NCBI GenBank assembly: GCA_019058315.1
Contig: JAHPZH010000005.1
Span: forward strand, 256,001-320,000
DNA from: Candidatus Helarchaeota archaeon
GTDB lineage: Archaea; Asgardarchaeota; Lokiarchaeia; Helarchaeales; RDOG01
Length of the DNA stretch: 64,000 nucleotides
Reading direction: 5' to 3'
In this document: in pieces, positions 39,501 to 49,942 of the stretch
Numbering within the stretch: the first letter of the stretch is position 1
How the letters are laid out: every line of letters starts with the position of its first letter
The notes under the pieces: generated by a model
Told to the model about the DNA's origin: nothing
The model's database searches: none
The model's input: only the letters and a program-made list of their open reading frames with translations
Program-made: the position numbers and the translations under genes

Positions 39501-42500
39501 AGCTGGAGGAATTAGCACCGTCACCGTAACGTTGTCCGATGACGAGTAGCCGAAAGTGTCGTTCACGCCGCATATATATACATATACGCCCATTCCCAGT
39601 GCAGGTAGGGTATATGTTACATTGGTCCCGACTGACCAAGTGCCGTCAGCTAGATAAGTGCTAATAATTGTAATATTATACTCATTAGGAGTTGCATCAG
39701 TCCAATTCCATTGTAGCTGATACCCCGCAACCGAGCCCTCATATAAATTGATATCTGGTGCGCCCGCCAGTAAATTCGGAGGTATGCTTTCCAGCACCGT
39801 CACCGTCACGTTGTCCCATGCCCAGTTGCCCGATGTGTCATTCACGCCGCACATATATTCATATACACCTGGTCCCAGCATAGGAAGGGTATACGTTATA
39901 TTGGTTCCGACTGACCAGGTGCCGTCACCCATATAAATGCCAATAAGGGTGATATTATACTCATTAGGTAATAAATCATTCCAATTCCATTCTAAGTTAT
40001 ACCCCGCAACCGAGCCCTCAGATAAGGTGATGTCTGGTGCGCCTGTAACTAAATTCGGGTTCATGCTGTCTACCACCGTCACCGTTACGTTGTCCGTTGC
40101 CCAGAGATCCGTAGTATCGTTCACGGCGCACATGTAATTGTATGTACCTAGTCCCAACGCCGGAAGGGTGTAGGTTATATTGGTCCCGACCGACCAGGTG
40201 CCGTCAGCAAGATAAGTGTAAATAAGGGTGATGTTATACTCGTTAGGATTTAAATCATTCCAAGCCCATTGCAATTGGTATCCCGCAACTGCTCCCAGCT
40301 CCAACGTGATATCCATTGCACCTGCTAGTAAAGTTGGAGGTATATTAAAAGGTTCAACTGTCACCGTCACATTGTCCCATGCCCAGTTGCCCGACGTGTC
40401 GTTTACGCCGCACATATAATCGTATATACCGGGTCCCAATGCAGGAAGGGTGTACGTTACATTGGTCCCGACAGACCACGTGCCGTCAGTAAGATAAGTG
40501 TCAATAAGGGTGATGTTATACTCGTTCGGTAATAAATCGTTCCAATCCCATTCTAATGTATAACCTGCAACCGCTCCCAGCTCCAGGGTGATGTCCAGTG
40601 CACCAGCAAGTAAATTCGGAGCCGTTCTGTCTACCACCGTCACCGTCACGTTGTCCCATGCCCAGTTGCCAAATGTGTCGTTCACGCTGCACATATATTC
40701 ATATACGCCTAGTCCCAGCACAGGAAGGGTATACGTTACATTAGTCCCGACCAACCACGTACCATCAGCTAAATAATTATCGACAAGAGTGATATTATAC
40801 TCGTTAGGATTAGTATCAGTCCAATTCCATTGCAGCTGATATCCTGCAACTGCTCCCAGCTCCAAGGTGATGTCAGGGGTAACCGCCGAAAGAAATGGAA
40901 TAAGTGGAAGATTTGCCACTGCCACCGTAAGGTTGTCCCATGCCCAGTTGCCCGACGTATCGTTCACGCCGCACATGAACTCATATACGCCTAGTCCCAA
41001 TGCAGGCAGGGTATAAGTTACATTGGTTCCGACTGACCAGGTGCCGTCAGCTAGATAACTCCCGATTAGAGTGATGTTATACTCATTCGGTAATAAATCA
41101 TTCCACGCCCATTCTAAGGTATACCCCGCAACAAAACCTTCATTTAGAATGATGTCAGGTGCTCCCGCTACTAAATTCGGAGGCGTAGTGTCTACCACCG
41201 TCACTGTCACGTTGTCAGATGCCCATGTGCTGTAGCCGAAAGTCTCATTCACGGTGCACATGTAATTGTATGTGCCTAGTCCTAACACCGGAAGGGTATA
41301 TGTTATATTTATACCAGAAACCCATCCACCACTATCTACCACACTGCCTACCAAAGTGATATTATACCGATCAGGTTTATAAGTAGACCAATTCCACTCT
41401 AAAACATAACCTGCAACTGCTCCCAGCTCTAATGTAACATCAGGTGCACCCGCCAGTAATAACGGAAGACAATTACAATCCACCGTTACCGTCACGTTGG
41501 CCCATGCCCAGTTGCCAGAACTGTCGTTCACGCCGCACATATACTCATATGTGCCCAGTGCCAAAGCCGGAAGGGTATACGTTACATTGGTCCCGACAGA
41601 CCAGCTGCCGTCAGCTATATAACTGCCAATAAGGGTGATATTATACTCGTTAGGAGCTACATCATTCCAATCCCATTCCAACATATAACCTGCAACAGAA
41701 CCCTCCAAAAATATAACATTAGGTGCACCCGCTACTAAGTTCGGAGGCGTGCTGTCTTCCACCGTCACCATCACGTTGTCCCATGCCCAGTTGCCCGCAG
41801 TGTCGTTCACGTTGCACCTATAATCGTATGTGCCTATTCCTAGCGCAGGAAGGGTATATGTTATATTGGTCCCGACTGACCAGCTGCCGTCAGCCAGATA
41901 AGTGCCAATAAGTGTGATATTATACTTGCTAGGATCAACATCAGTCCAAGCCCATTCCAACACATAACCCGCAACACTGCCCAGCTCTAAGGTTACATCA
42001 GGAGCACCTGCCAATAAATCTGGTTTTGGGTCGGGGTCTGGCACCGTTACCGTCACGTTATCCCATGCCCAGTTGCCCGCAGTGTCGTTCACGCCGCACA
42101 TATACTCGTATACGCCCGGTCCCAAGGCGGGAAGGGTATATGTTATATTAGTCCCGACAGCCCAAGTCCCGTCAACTACAACACTACCAAAAAGTGTGAT
42201 ATTATACTCGTTAGGTAATAAATCATTCCAATCCCATTCTAGGACATAACCTGCAACAGATCCCAAAGGTAACCAGGCATCAGGTGCACCCGCCAGTAAA
42301 TTAGGAGGCGTGCTGTCTACCACCGTCACTGTCACATTGTCAGTTCCCCAGTCGCCCGATGTGTCGTTCACACCGCACATATACTCATATACGCCTAGTC
42401 CCAACGCAGGAAGAGTATACGTTATATTGGTTCCCACCGACCACGTGCCGTCAGCTAAATAAGTGCTGACAAGTGTAATGTTATACAAGTTAGGTTCTAA

Positions 42501-45500
42501 ATCATTCCAATCCCATTGCAGCTGATACCCCGCAACTGCTCCTAGCTCCAACGTGATGTCCGGTGCGCCTGCTAATAAATTCGGAGGGGAGGGGTCTGGC
42601 ACCGTAACCGTCACGTTATCCGATACCCAGTTGCCCGAAGTGTCGTTCACGCCGCACATATACTCGTATGTGCCGATTCCCAAAGCTGGAAGGGTATATG
42701 TTATATTAGTCCCGACAGACCAGGTCCCGTCAGCTAAATAAGTGCCAATAAGGGTAATGTTATACTCATTAGGAAATAAATCATTCCAATCCCATTCTAA
42801 GGTATACCCCGCAACTGCTCCCAACTCCAACGTGATATCAGGTGCACCTGCAAGTAAATTGGGTGGCGTAATATCTTGAACAGTAATAGAATTATTTAAA
42901 AAATTCCAATAGCCATCTATAGTATCATTAGCAAAAATGGTATATTCAATAACCCCAATTAAGCTTGGTGTCCAATTATACTCGTAAGTATTACCACCAA
43001 TGGGATTCATTGTATAATTGGCATTAATTATTTTAATTATTACTGTATCTACACTGGTTTCATTATCATAAGCATCAATTCGGATACATGCTTCTTGTCC
43101 AAATTCTACAGGATCTGTAATTTCAGTTAAGTTTTCTAATCTTGGTGGAAAATAAACAGTCGTCCAAACTTCAGAAGATGTGCTAACAAATCCTACCTTG
43201 TCAAAAGTTTCAAGTACATAGTAATACGTATCCCCATCTTGTATATTATTATCAAGAACTGATGTATTTATTGTACCTGAAGTATTTGTTACTAAAGTAG
43301 TATAGGGTCCCCCAGAACTCGTACTCCGCCACAGTACATAATAATCAATGCCGCTACCAGTAGCGTTTCCAATTCCAGGATCATCATAACCTGGATTTCC
43401 AGACCAATCAATTAAAATTGATCTTGCTCTAGTTATTGGAGGTAGTGCAATTGGTTGAGCAGCAGTTGGTGGGGTGTTATCCAGTTCTAAATAAACATGA
43501 GAATAGACAGATATACCAGAAGTTTCATTTTTTGCAGTTATGTTTACTAAATAGTTAGAATCAAAACGAGTATTAGACATTGAAATTGTGTGGTTATTAA
43601 TATACTGTGTATTACCTAAATCAGTTGTAGATTCTGCTGTCCCTCCATTACTATCGATCCTCGACCAATCAACAGTGACGTTAAGCCCCGCAAAATTCGT
43701 ATCAATAATTAAATCGATAGTTGATCCATTTTTACAACTTAATGATGAAGGGGTTACGTATTCAAAGATAGGGTATGGAATTGGGGGAGCAGATTGTAAT
43801 TTGTAGCTAATAGGGGTGGTTGCAGGATTACTTAGATCTGTTTTATATCTTCTATATTCGAGTTCTGCCCGATCCACATCTGAAACGTTATCAAATAGGT
43901 CGTAAACAATCCTGAAATAGTAAGGATCTGTTGTTAATGTGCTTCCATCAGGTATATCAAATCCAGTAGCACACCATCCTAATTCACCAAATTGCTGAAT
44001 ATCATTTAAATACATATATGGCGTACCTCCATATAATTCAAATGAAGGTATCATCTCTTGTCTTGGCAGATACATCCACATTCCTCCATGAGTTTCAGAA
44101 GTAACCATAATATAATCTGCAATACCTTCATTACCGGAAGGTGGTATTGTGGGTGGGTCAGTTGTCGGATCCCCTCCATTTAACAAATTATCATCTGCAT
44201 CGGTTCCACTAAAATAAATATATTTTTCACTGCCAACCGGATAATCGGGATTGGCATCTGCAGGAACATATCCCGGATATCCGCCCGGATTCCCACCCAG
44301 AATGGCTGAAAAATCAGTTCTCGTTGCATTATCAAACTGAACTGTCGGTAACCACATACCTACATCTAAAAAATTATAACCCCATGCTGTAATAGAGAGT
44401 GCATCTTTATCACCTTGTTCCATATTTTGGTAAAAAATGTGTACAGATTGTTCAATATACCACTCTTCTACATCTCCTACAATAGGTATATTAGTTAGAT
44501 AAGCTTGTTCATAGCTATTTTTTTGCAAAATAACTCGGACTGGTCCATTTTTAACTGCCAGACGATCTCCTTCGGTATCCCACCCATTCCAACCCGGTTG
44601 ATTAGGTGGCAGGGATAGTTGTATTGCGTATTCATTTGGATTATCAATTCCAGTTCCGCGGGTATTATAATATGTTCCACCCCATGTTCCGTAGGTCATA
44701 ATATCTTTGTAAATATCGATAGCATCCAAACTTAAAATCGAACATGCTCTTTCTAAATGTAATCCCGTAAAACCTTTGTCCATTTCATAGACAACATCCA
44801 CTCCATCACTACCCGGAGCTATAATTTTCAAACTGTCAATTATATCAGGATCATTATTATTAAACCGTTTTTGGTAAATTGGTGTCGTGACGGTTAAATT
44901 GCTTGGATCCCAACTCACTTTAGTTTGAAATGTCGGTATTTCTTGTTTTGTTATATTATTAAAATAAATATACATGAAAGATACTCCCCCATCAATTGGA
45001 TCTGAAATGTTAATTTCCAATCTCCAAGGAAAATTTTGCCTATCCCACCACGTATTTTCTCCAACATACCTTCCATTTTCCATATAAAAACAAATTTCAT
45101 CATCATAGTCAATGGCATATGGTACTTGAGTTCCAGTATCCCTCCCGTATAGATCAATTGGTTCGTAGTTATCTGTTCCATTTTTAGAAACATATGTATG
45201 AGTCGAATTAAATATAGGATCATATAGGGGATTACCTAAAGGTCCAGATAACATTCCCCAATCCCACATTAATGGCCATCCCTTCTCATCTATTTGATAT
45301 GGCACTTCAACCCATTGGTTTGAAGCGTTATAATATAGAACACGAATATAACTTTCATTCAATCCCCCTAGTGCACTGAACACGTATGGACTCTCATTCA
45401 TTCTAATGATTAATGGGTAACCTACCCTAGTCAAATTTGGTTCATTTGCGACTTTTGAAGTTAATGGAAACTTAATGTCATAAATCTCATTGGGAATTCT

Positions 45501-45650
45501 AATTTCATTAAGGCTAATATATATGTTAATATCAGGATTATACGTTATTTTATCATCCAAATCAAAGAAAGAGCTAATACCAATAGAATTTAATAATATT
45601 AAAGTTGATATTAGAATTATTAATCCACATTTTAACCTTTTACTCTTCAT
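36504..45650 (-). CDS. Giant (3048 aa) single-pass cell-surface glycoprotein: signal peptide, N-domain, FN3/Ig-like domains, 13 tandem Ig-like repeats, 7-blade propeller, further Ig/FN3, TM and cytoplasmic tail
   Basis: Repeats visible in protein and DNA; many NxT/S sequons; IIIIIIIIGVVAAGVGI TM followed by RKRQK. Confidence 0.9.
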   Translation of the reverse strand: MKSKRLKCGLIILISTLILLNSIGISSFFDLDDKITYNPDINIYISLNEIRIPNEIYDIKFPLTSKVANEPNLTRVGYPLIIRMNESPYVFSALGGLNESYIRVLYYNASNQWVEVPYQIDEKGWPLMWDWGMLSGPLGNPLYDPIFNSTHTYVSKNGTDNYEPIDLYGRDTGTQVPYAIDYDDEICFYMENGRYVGENTWWDRQNFPWRLEINISDPIDGGVSFMYIYFNNITKQEIPTFQTKVSWDPSNLTVTTPIYQKRFNNNDPDIIDSLKIIAPGSDGVDVVYEMDKGFTGLHLERACSILSLDAIDIYKDIMTYGTWGGTYYNTRGTGIDNPNEYAIQLSLPPNQPGWNGWDTEGDRLAVKNGPVRVILQKNSYEQAYLTNIPIVGDVEEWYIEQSVHIFYQNMEQGDKDALSITAWGYNFLDVGMWLPTVQFDNATRTDFSAILGGNPGGYPGYVPADANPDYPVGSEKYIYFSGTDADDNLLNGGDPTTDPPTIPPSGNEGIADYIMVTSETHGGMWMYLPRQEMIPSFELYGGTPYMYLNDIQQFGELGWCATGFDIPDGSTLTTDPYYFRIVYDLFDNVSDVDRAELEYRRYKTDLSNPATTPISYKLQSAPPIPYPIFEYVTPSSLSCKNGSTIDLIIDTNFAGLNVTVDWSRIDSNGGTAESTTDLGNTQYINNHTISMSNTRFDSNYLVNITAKNETSGISVYSHVYLELDNTPPTAAQPIALPPITRARSILIDWSGNPGYDDPGIGNATGSGIDYYVLWRSTSSGGPYTTLVTNTSGTINTSVLDNNIQDGDTYYYVLETFDKVGFVSTSSEVWTTVYFPPRLENLTEITDPVEFGQEACIRIDAYDNETSVDTVIIKIINANYTMNPIGGNTYEYNWTPSLIGVIEYTIFANDTIDGYWNFLNNSITVQDITPPNLLAGAPDITLELGAVAGYTLEWDWNDLFPNEYNITLIGTYLADGTWSVGTNITYTLPALGIGTYEYMCGVNDTSGNWVSDNVTVTVPDPSPPNLLAGAPDITLELGAVAGYQLQWDWNDLEPNLYNITLVSTYLADGTWSVGTNITYTLPALGLGVYEYMCGVNDTSGDWGTDNVTVTVVDSTPPNLLAGAPDAWLPLGSVAGYVLEWDWNDLLPNEYNITLFGSVVVDGTWAVGTNITYTLPALGPGVYEYMCGVNDTAGNWAWDNVTVTVPDPDPKPDLLAGAPDVTLELGSVAGYVLEWAWTDVDPSKYNITLIGTYLADGSWSVGTNITYTLPALGIGTYDYRCNVNDTAGNWAWDNVMVTVEDSTPPNLVAGAPNVIFLEGSVAGYMLEWDWNDVAPNEYNITLIGSYIADGSWSVGTNVTYTLPALALGTYEYMCGVNDSSGNWAWANVTVTVDCNCLPLLLAGAPDVTLELGAVAGYVLEWNWSTYKPDRYNITLVGSVVDSGGWVSGINITYTLPVLGLGTYNYMCTVNETFGYSTWASDNVTVTVVDTTPPNLVAGAPDIILNEGFVAGYTLEWAWNDLLPNEYNITLIGSYLADGTWSVGTNVTYTLPALGLGVYEFMCGVNDTSGNWAWDNLTVAVANLPLIPFLSAVTPDITLELGAVAGYQLQWNWTDTNPNEYNITLVDNYLADGTWLVGTNVTYTLPVLGLGVYEYMCSVNDTFGNWAWDNVTVTVVDRTAPNLLAGALDITLELGAVAGYTLEWDWNDLLPNEYNITLIDTYLTDGTWSVGTNVTYTLPALGPGIYDYMCGVNDTSGNWAWDNVTVTVEPFNIPPTLLAGAMDITLELGAVAGYQLQWAWNDLNPNEYNITLIYTYLADGTWSVGTNITYTLPALGLGTYNYMCAVNDTTDLWATDNVTVTVVDSMNPNLVTGAPDITLSEGSVAGYNLEWNWNDLLPNEYNITLIGIYMGDGTWSVGTNITYTLPMLGPGVYEYMCGVNDTSGNWAWDNVTVTVLESIPPNLLAGAPDINLYEGSVAGYQLQWNWTDATPNEYNITIISTYLADGTWSVGTNVTYTLPALGMGVYVYICGVNDTFGYSSSDNVTVTVLIPPAPPTLLAGAPDITLELGAVAGYTLEWEWNDISPNEYNITLVGTYLADGTWSVGTNITYTLPALGIGTYDYRCSVNDTAGNWATDNVTVTVVDTTPPSIINLTMNWSNATVISDDSSGWNDWTSWYPAIATDNNGNIHVVWEDNTDGEWGTDVEIMYVNYTVAGWSNVTVISDDYTGWNDDSSRRPRIAVDNNGNIHVVWYDSTNGEYGNDIEIMYVNYTAAGWSNATVISDDYTGWNVHNSLNPDIAVDNNGNVHVVWYDDTDGEWGTDVEIMYVNYTATGWSNVTCISDYYGWNDNSSYYPRISTDINGNVHVVWMDYTYGEWGTDREIFYANCTAAGWSNATCISDIYGWNDGDSFLPCITVDKTGNLQVVWDDETDGEWGTDREIFYVNYTAAGWSNATCISDIYGLNDYWSFRPSIITDKNDNIHVVWEDSINFGGPADHIKYASYTTAGWSNVICISDYYGWNNDHSIAASITSDNNSSIHVVWHDYTNGEWGTDEEIMYSVLESIYPLELGQPKIIDAVVYDLSSIIQVLIEFEGSNHTMTNIGGNYWRYDNWTPNSIGNYPYTIWAEDGANNWNSRGATIEVIDTTSPTYGNLTESADPLDLGQNETITINVSDLSGINQVLLEYEGSNHTMNYISGNTWRWTDWQPSAIGIYPYTVYMSDNLNNWNSVSGDINVSIIITIEPWLENLTEITDPLELGQEASIRIDAYDADGISKVIIEIGGVNDTMVPIGGNTYEYNWTPSAFGVISYTIIANDTFNNWGPFFFSSITVQDNTPPTKPLNPGIIIQQGNVTISWTASFDYSTVYYQIWRNGQCLGNTTSNFYSDLINLTSGKYSYEIRPVDEANNTGESLYITIKIYGPFKIPPFFPPYDNIIIIIIIIGVVAAGVGISTSAILLRKRQKSISKRVVSSESLNEDIKDVIHWRMPIKSIKQTYLKEYFQGEFTILSKSEMDRIFDLKIPEIEKLVILEELAGLSPEEREEFLKAMENIEEE
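37980..39197 (-). repeat. Seven 58-59-aa beta-propeller blade repeats
   Basis: WSN.T.ISD..GWND..S..P.I..D.NGN.HVVW.D.T.GEWGTD.EI.Y repeated 7 times. Confidence 0.88.
39230..42870 (-). repeat. 13 tandem repeats of about 280 bp (about 93 aa) encoding Ig-like domains
   Basis: Unit PPNLLAGAPDITLELGAVAGY.LEW.WND..PNEYNITL..TYLADGTWSVGTNITYTLPALG.G.YEYMCGVNDTSGNWAWDNVTVTV; high DNA identity and visibly higher GC. Confidence 0.92.
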
Positions 45651-45925
45651 TTTTCTTCACGACTTAGAAAAATTAAATTAGGGCAAATAAAAATAACTTA
45701 AACGTTTTAATTTCCCAAATTACATTAAAAATGATTTAATAAACCCAAAATTATAATTATTTTTTTCATTCCAAATTTTATAAAGGCGTTAGGTCCATTC
45801 TAAAAACTCTTATTTTAAAGAATTATGAGGTTAACCATATGAAATTAAGCAATTTATAAAAAAACGAAATGGTAAAAATTCAATAGTTTTAATTTCAAAG
45901 TTTAAAAAAGGTTGTTAGAATATTT

Positions 45926-46606
45926 TTAGATTTTAAATGACTCAATTTTATTTTTTCTGGATGAAATTCTTTCAGACTCTATATATATGTCTATTTTTAG
46001 TTTTGGTATCTTTAATATTTTAAGAATAGGAATTATGAATTTTAAATTGCCAAAGTATTTTGGAGATTTTCTATCATTTTCTATAAGTACAAATTCAAAT
46101 TTTGCTAGATTTGAAATAATTTCTTCAACTTTTTCTGAATTAATTTTGACTTTTTTTGCCAGTTCATTTAAAAAGATTCCAGGTTCAAGCAAGATATTTT
46201 CTAGAATTTTAAAATTCTTTGAATCCCTTATTAGAACTATTTTCTCATCTAAAATCGGATCGATGTAAGAATTAAAATAGATAATTTTGTTCTTTATTCT
46301 ATTTTTTCTAATAAAGTCAAATTTTTCCAGCATCTTTAGGTGCCAAATGGCTAATTGAGGGTTTATGTTTAAGTTTTCTCGAATCTCTCTCTGATGAGAA
46401 CCGGGATTTTTGGATATGTATCTATAAATATTTTTTCGTTTAATATTTTGAAGAACGGAATCCTTTGTTAGTTTAGTGCCTCTGATTATAATTTTTTTAG
46501 CGATTAACTGATAAATCGCTTCATTAATTTTTTTTTCACTTTCAATTTCATTTTTGAATATTTTTAGAGTTTTAATTGATACATTATAAAGTTCTTCAAT
46601 TGACAA
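45926..46606 (-). CDS. Winged helix-turn-helix transcriptional regulator
   Basis: RKNIYRYISKNPGSHQREI...WHLKMLEKF, with a second HTH at ILLEPGIFLNELAKKV. Confidence 0.85.
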   Translation of the reverse strand: MSIEELYNVSIKTLKIFKNEIESEKKINEAIYQLIAKKIIIRGTKLTKDSVLQNIKRKNIYRYISKNPGSHQREIRENLNINPQLAIWHLKMLEKFDFIRKNRIKNKIIYFNSYIDPILDEKIVLIRDSKNFKILENILLEPGIFLNELAKKVKINSEKVEEIISNLAKFEFVLIENDRKSPKYFGNLKFIIPILKILKIPKLKIDIYIESERISSRKNKIESFKI

Positions 46607-46750
46607 TGGACCTTTTTTTACTAGTTTCTTAGCAATTTCTAAGACTGATTCCTCAACTGGAGGTTTTTTCGTTATTTTAAATGAAATCCTTCCCCAATTT
46701 ACTTTATTATATGTCTAATAACAATATAATTTATTTCCCTTATATCTTTT

Positions 46751-47425
46751 TTGAAGATGAAAATTCTTTTTAAAAAAGTAGAGAAAGAAATATTGAAAAT
46801 GCAAAATGATAGATTATTAAGAATCAGTGGGATTGTCGCTTCACTACTTGGATTAATATTAATTTTATTTGGAAATATTAAAACTCCAGCAAATTTTAGA
46901 ATTTTGGGTGATATTATTCAAAATATCTTGTTATTTAATATTATATTACTGTTATTTTTACCTGAACAAAGAAAGTTGGAGAATGCACTCATTTTGGGTT
47001 TATTTACGATGATCTTTGATTTCTTACTAGAAACTATTGCAGTTTATCTCAATTGGTGGTATCCAAAGGGAGGGTTTCAAGCCCGACCCTTTTTAATAAT
47101 ACCTTTAGAGATGGTGATTAGTTTTATGCTTATAGGGACTACGGTAGGAATAATTCTAGGTATTCCCGAAAAAATTCGAAATATGGACTTTAGACCTTTT
47201 AATTGGTTGAAATTTTTTGTAAAAAATCCAAGATATGATTTGATGTGGAGAATTTTATTTATTTTCGTTAATGCTGTAGTAGGAACTAATGGGGATTACA
47301 CTGCGGGATACGATATTTGGGTTCCAGGGCCAAATTGGCACTGGATTTATACGTTTTTTGTTTGGTTTGGCGGCGGGATGATCATTTTATCGGTATTTTA
47401 CTACCTTGAAAAAAAAAGGGAATAA
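46751..47425 (+). CDS. Hypothetical membrane protein
   Basis: About 6 TM; FDFLLET...WWYP pattern; start likely ATG 46799. Confidence 0.75.
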   Translation: MKMKILFKKVEKEILKMQNDRLLRISGIVASLLGLILILFGNIKTPANFRILGDIIQNILLFNIILLLFLPEQRKLENALILGLFTMIFDFLLETIAVYLNWWYPKGGFQARPFLIIPLEMVISFMLIGTTVGIILGIPEKIRNMDFRPFNWLKFFVKNPRYDLMWRILFIFVNAVVGTNGDYTAGYDIWVPGPNWHWIYTFFVWFGGGMIILSVFYYLEKKRE

Positions 47426-48334
47426 TTATTCAACAAAATTAATCTTGGGTTTATTTCTAGGAACTAGATACTTGAAATTTGTATCTTTTCTACCTAAAGC
47501 TAAACAATAACGGGCTTTATGATCTTTAGGAATTCCTATTAATTTTCTGACCTTTCTTGAATAATATATAGCAAACATTAGCATGCCCAAAGAGACAGTC
47601 CCAAGACCCATTGCTTCTGCCATGAGCATTAAATATGCCGCTGTAAGTGTAGTATTTTCAATAATCATGGTATTTACAGTATATTTTTTATTTGCTGTAA
47701 TAATGATAAGAGCTGGGGCACCCCAAAATAATACATCTTTTCCACCTTTTTCCATTTCTGCAAATATTCTCTTCATTGGGTCAATCGTTGAAAGCATTGC
47801 GTTAACCATATTTGCTGGGACAAAATTCTCTAGTATTTTGACCATTTTTTCTGGATCCTCTGGAAGTGAATTAACAATCATTGAAATTTCTTTTACAATA
47901 GCATTTCTGATTTCTTTAACTTTCTCGCCAGTAATTACCGTGAATTCAGATGGTTGGTCATTGTGTCCGGAGGGAGCATATCTTGCAGCATCGATTAGGC
48001 GTTCCAATTCAGATTTTGATATCGGATCAGGTTTGAATAATCTTGTAGATCTTCTAGACCTCATAAAATTCATGAGAGTTTCGGGATCTATTTTAAATTT
48101 AGGAATAGGTATCTTTTCAGATATATCATAACGGGCAATAGTAACTGCATCTTCGGGACATACACCCATACAATGTGCACATCTAATACATTGCGTCTTC
48201 GCCAGTTTACTTACCAAAATGCTTCCATTTTTTTCATATAAAGTTGCTGTAGGACAAGTCCTTACACATTCCATACATTGAATACATTTGTCTTGATCAA
48301 TTGAAACAGGACTGGTTTCACTCATATAATTCAT
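47426..48334 (-). CDS. Nitroreductase family protein with N-terminal 2x[4Fe-4S] domain
   Basis: CIQCMECVRTCP, CIRCAHCMGVCP, RSRRSTRLF, APSGHNDQP and AEAMGLGT. Confidence 0.93.
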   Translation of the reverse strand: MNYMSETSPVSIDQDKCIQCMECVRTCPTATLYEKNGSILVSKLAKTQCIRCAHCMGVCPEDAVTIARYDISEKIPIPKFKIDPETLMNFMRSRRSTRLFKPDPISKSELERLIDAARYAPSGHNDQPSEFTVITGEKVKEIRNAIVKEISMIVNSLPEDPEKMVKILENFVPANMVNAMLSTIDPMKRIFAEMEKGGKDVLFWGAPALIIITANKKYTVNTMIIENTTLTAAYLMLMAEAMGLGTVSLGMLMFAIYYSRKVRKLIGIPKDHKARYCLALGRKDTNFKYLVPRNKPKINFVE

Positions 48335-48355
48335 TCCTTCTTATTATATTTCATT

Positions 48356-48952
48356 TTAATTTTTATACATACCACGTAAACGAACTATATCCGCAAAAGC
48401 GGTTCCGTGAGGTATTCCCAACTGTGCTACATATTGGGCGAAAGTACCTACACTCTGGTCGGTATATTTATCCAAAAGAGCATTTAATCCTGCATTAAAC
48501 TCAGCCACTTTTTTCATATGGTCATTACTTCCTTGTTTCCCATCCTCAATGCCCACCATACATTCAATAAACAGTTTTCGTACGGCTATTACTTCCTCCT
48601 CAAATGTCTTTTCCACTTTATGCTCTTTGAAATTTGCTACTGCATAATACCATCGCCCCTTCTTGATTATGAAATCAACCTTGCCATCTTCTTCGGCGAG
48701 TTTCAAAGCTAGGGCTGGAACTTCTTCTTGTTTAACATCTTCGATAACCCCTCGGTCTCCCCACCTTTTAAATTTTCGAGTATCGTCCATATATTTTCCC
48801 ACTGCATATAAATTTGCTTCCGCCACTAATGTAAAATCCGCCTTATGCCATTGTACACGTTCATATTCCTCGTTTATTTGTACTTGTTTAACACCTAATG
48901 AGTCAAGTTTTTTTTGGATTTCATCTCTTGGAAAATAAGTTATATCAACCAT
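48356..48952 (-). CDS. Hypothetical soluble protein
   Basis: About 198-aa ORF starting MVDITY; no family recognised. Confidence 0.75.
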   Translation of the reverse strand: MVDITYFPRDEIQKKLDSLGVKQVQINEEYERVQWHKADFTLVAEANLYAVGKYMDDTRKFKRWGDRGVIEDVKQEEVPALALKLAEEDGKVDFIIKKGRWYYAVANFKEHKVEKTFEEEVIAVRKLFIECMVGIEDGKQGSNDHMKKVAEFNAGLNALLDKYTDQSVGTFAQYVAQLGIPHGTAFADIVRLRGMYKN

Positions 48953-49025
48953 AAAAAAAAAGGAGATTTCTGAAATTAAAATTGAATGCAATACTATAGA
49001 AAAAACATATTTAGATTGTTGAATG

Positions 49026-49793
49026 CTAACTTATTAATCCTAACATATATGGGATTGCCAAATATGGAACATAAGCTAATACAATCTCTACAACTACATC
49101 ATAAGCAAGTGCTCCGAATTCAATTAATGGAGGGGCTCGACTCAAGAAAGGATATAAACCAACTTCAATCCAGCGTGTTCCAGCTAACCATTCCGATAAT
49201 GTCCAGACGCTTATAAATGTTAACATTACAAATAATAAATAAAATCCTCTTTTTCGCTGTTCTGGTTCCGCTCTAATAAAGAAAATTATATTTATTACAA
49301 TCATTAAACTCATAAAAATCACTGCTATAATTGGAAACATATCTCTTATTGAAGGTACAAATAATCCAACAAATGGGAATTTGACGCTATCCCTAAGAGT
49401 GCTAAACACCAAAACTAAAAGTATAACTACAAATATTATGATTGAAGATTTCCTTGTTTCTTCATCCCTAATTTTGTCAGCTCCAAATGTTCCCAATACT
49501 GCCACTGCACTTCCTTCTGAAATTCCTTGTAATGGGGCGGAAATCCATAAGGGAATCTCGATTCCAAATAGGTATTTGGCCTGTATTATACGAGTGCCAC
49601 CTATTTGTAAAGACACCTCAACTAATGACCAAATTATTGTTCCAAATAGAAAGATCCAAAAATAATCTAGTCTTTCATTCTTTTTCCAATCATAAATTAC
49701 TAGAATAACTATGATGATAGATAGAAATAATTTGGTATTCCAATTAGTGCCAAAACTGCCACCTCTAATCATAAAAATACTTTCAATAACCAT
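49026..49793 (-). CDS. Hypothetical multi-pass membrane protein
   Basis: About 7 TM; two similar W..(V/S)E....GTR.I segments. Confidence 0.75.
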   Translation of the reverse strand: MVIESIFMIRGGSFGTNWNTKLFLSIIIVILVIYDWKKNERLDYFWIFLFGTIIWSLVEVSLQIGGTRIIQAKYLFGIEIPLWISAPLQGISEGSAVAVLGTFGADKIRDEETRKSSIIIFVVILLVLVFSTLRDSVKFPFVGLFVPSIRDMFPIIAVIFMSLMIVINIIFFIRAEPEQRKRGFYLLFVMLTFISVWTLSEWLAGTRWIEVGLYPFLSRAPPLIEFGALAYDVVVEIVLAYVPYLAIPYMLGLIS

Positions 49794-49942
49794 ATTCTCA
49801 CTTCTAGATATTGAATATAATTCCAGCTGAACACTTTGAATATATTTTTAATTATTTTTACAATCAATTAAATAATCTATGGAACTATTTTGAGAATTTT
49901 ATTATTTTTCATATTTCGTTTAATTTAAATTTGAGATGTGTA

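Noticed and set aside
37170-45681. Many short antisense or alternative-frame ORFs inside the giant gene
   Set aside because: They are shadow ORFs that recur because the underlying DNA is repetitive.
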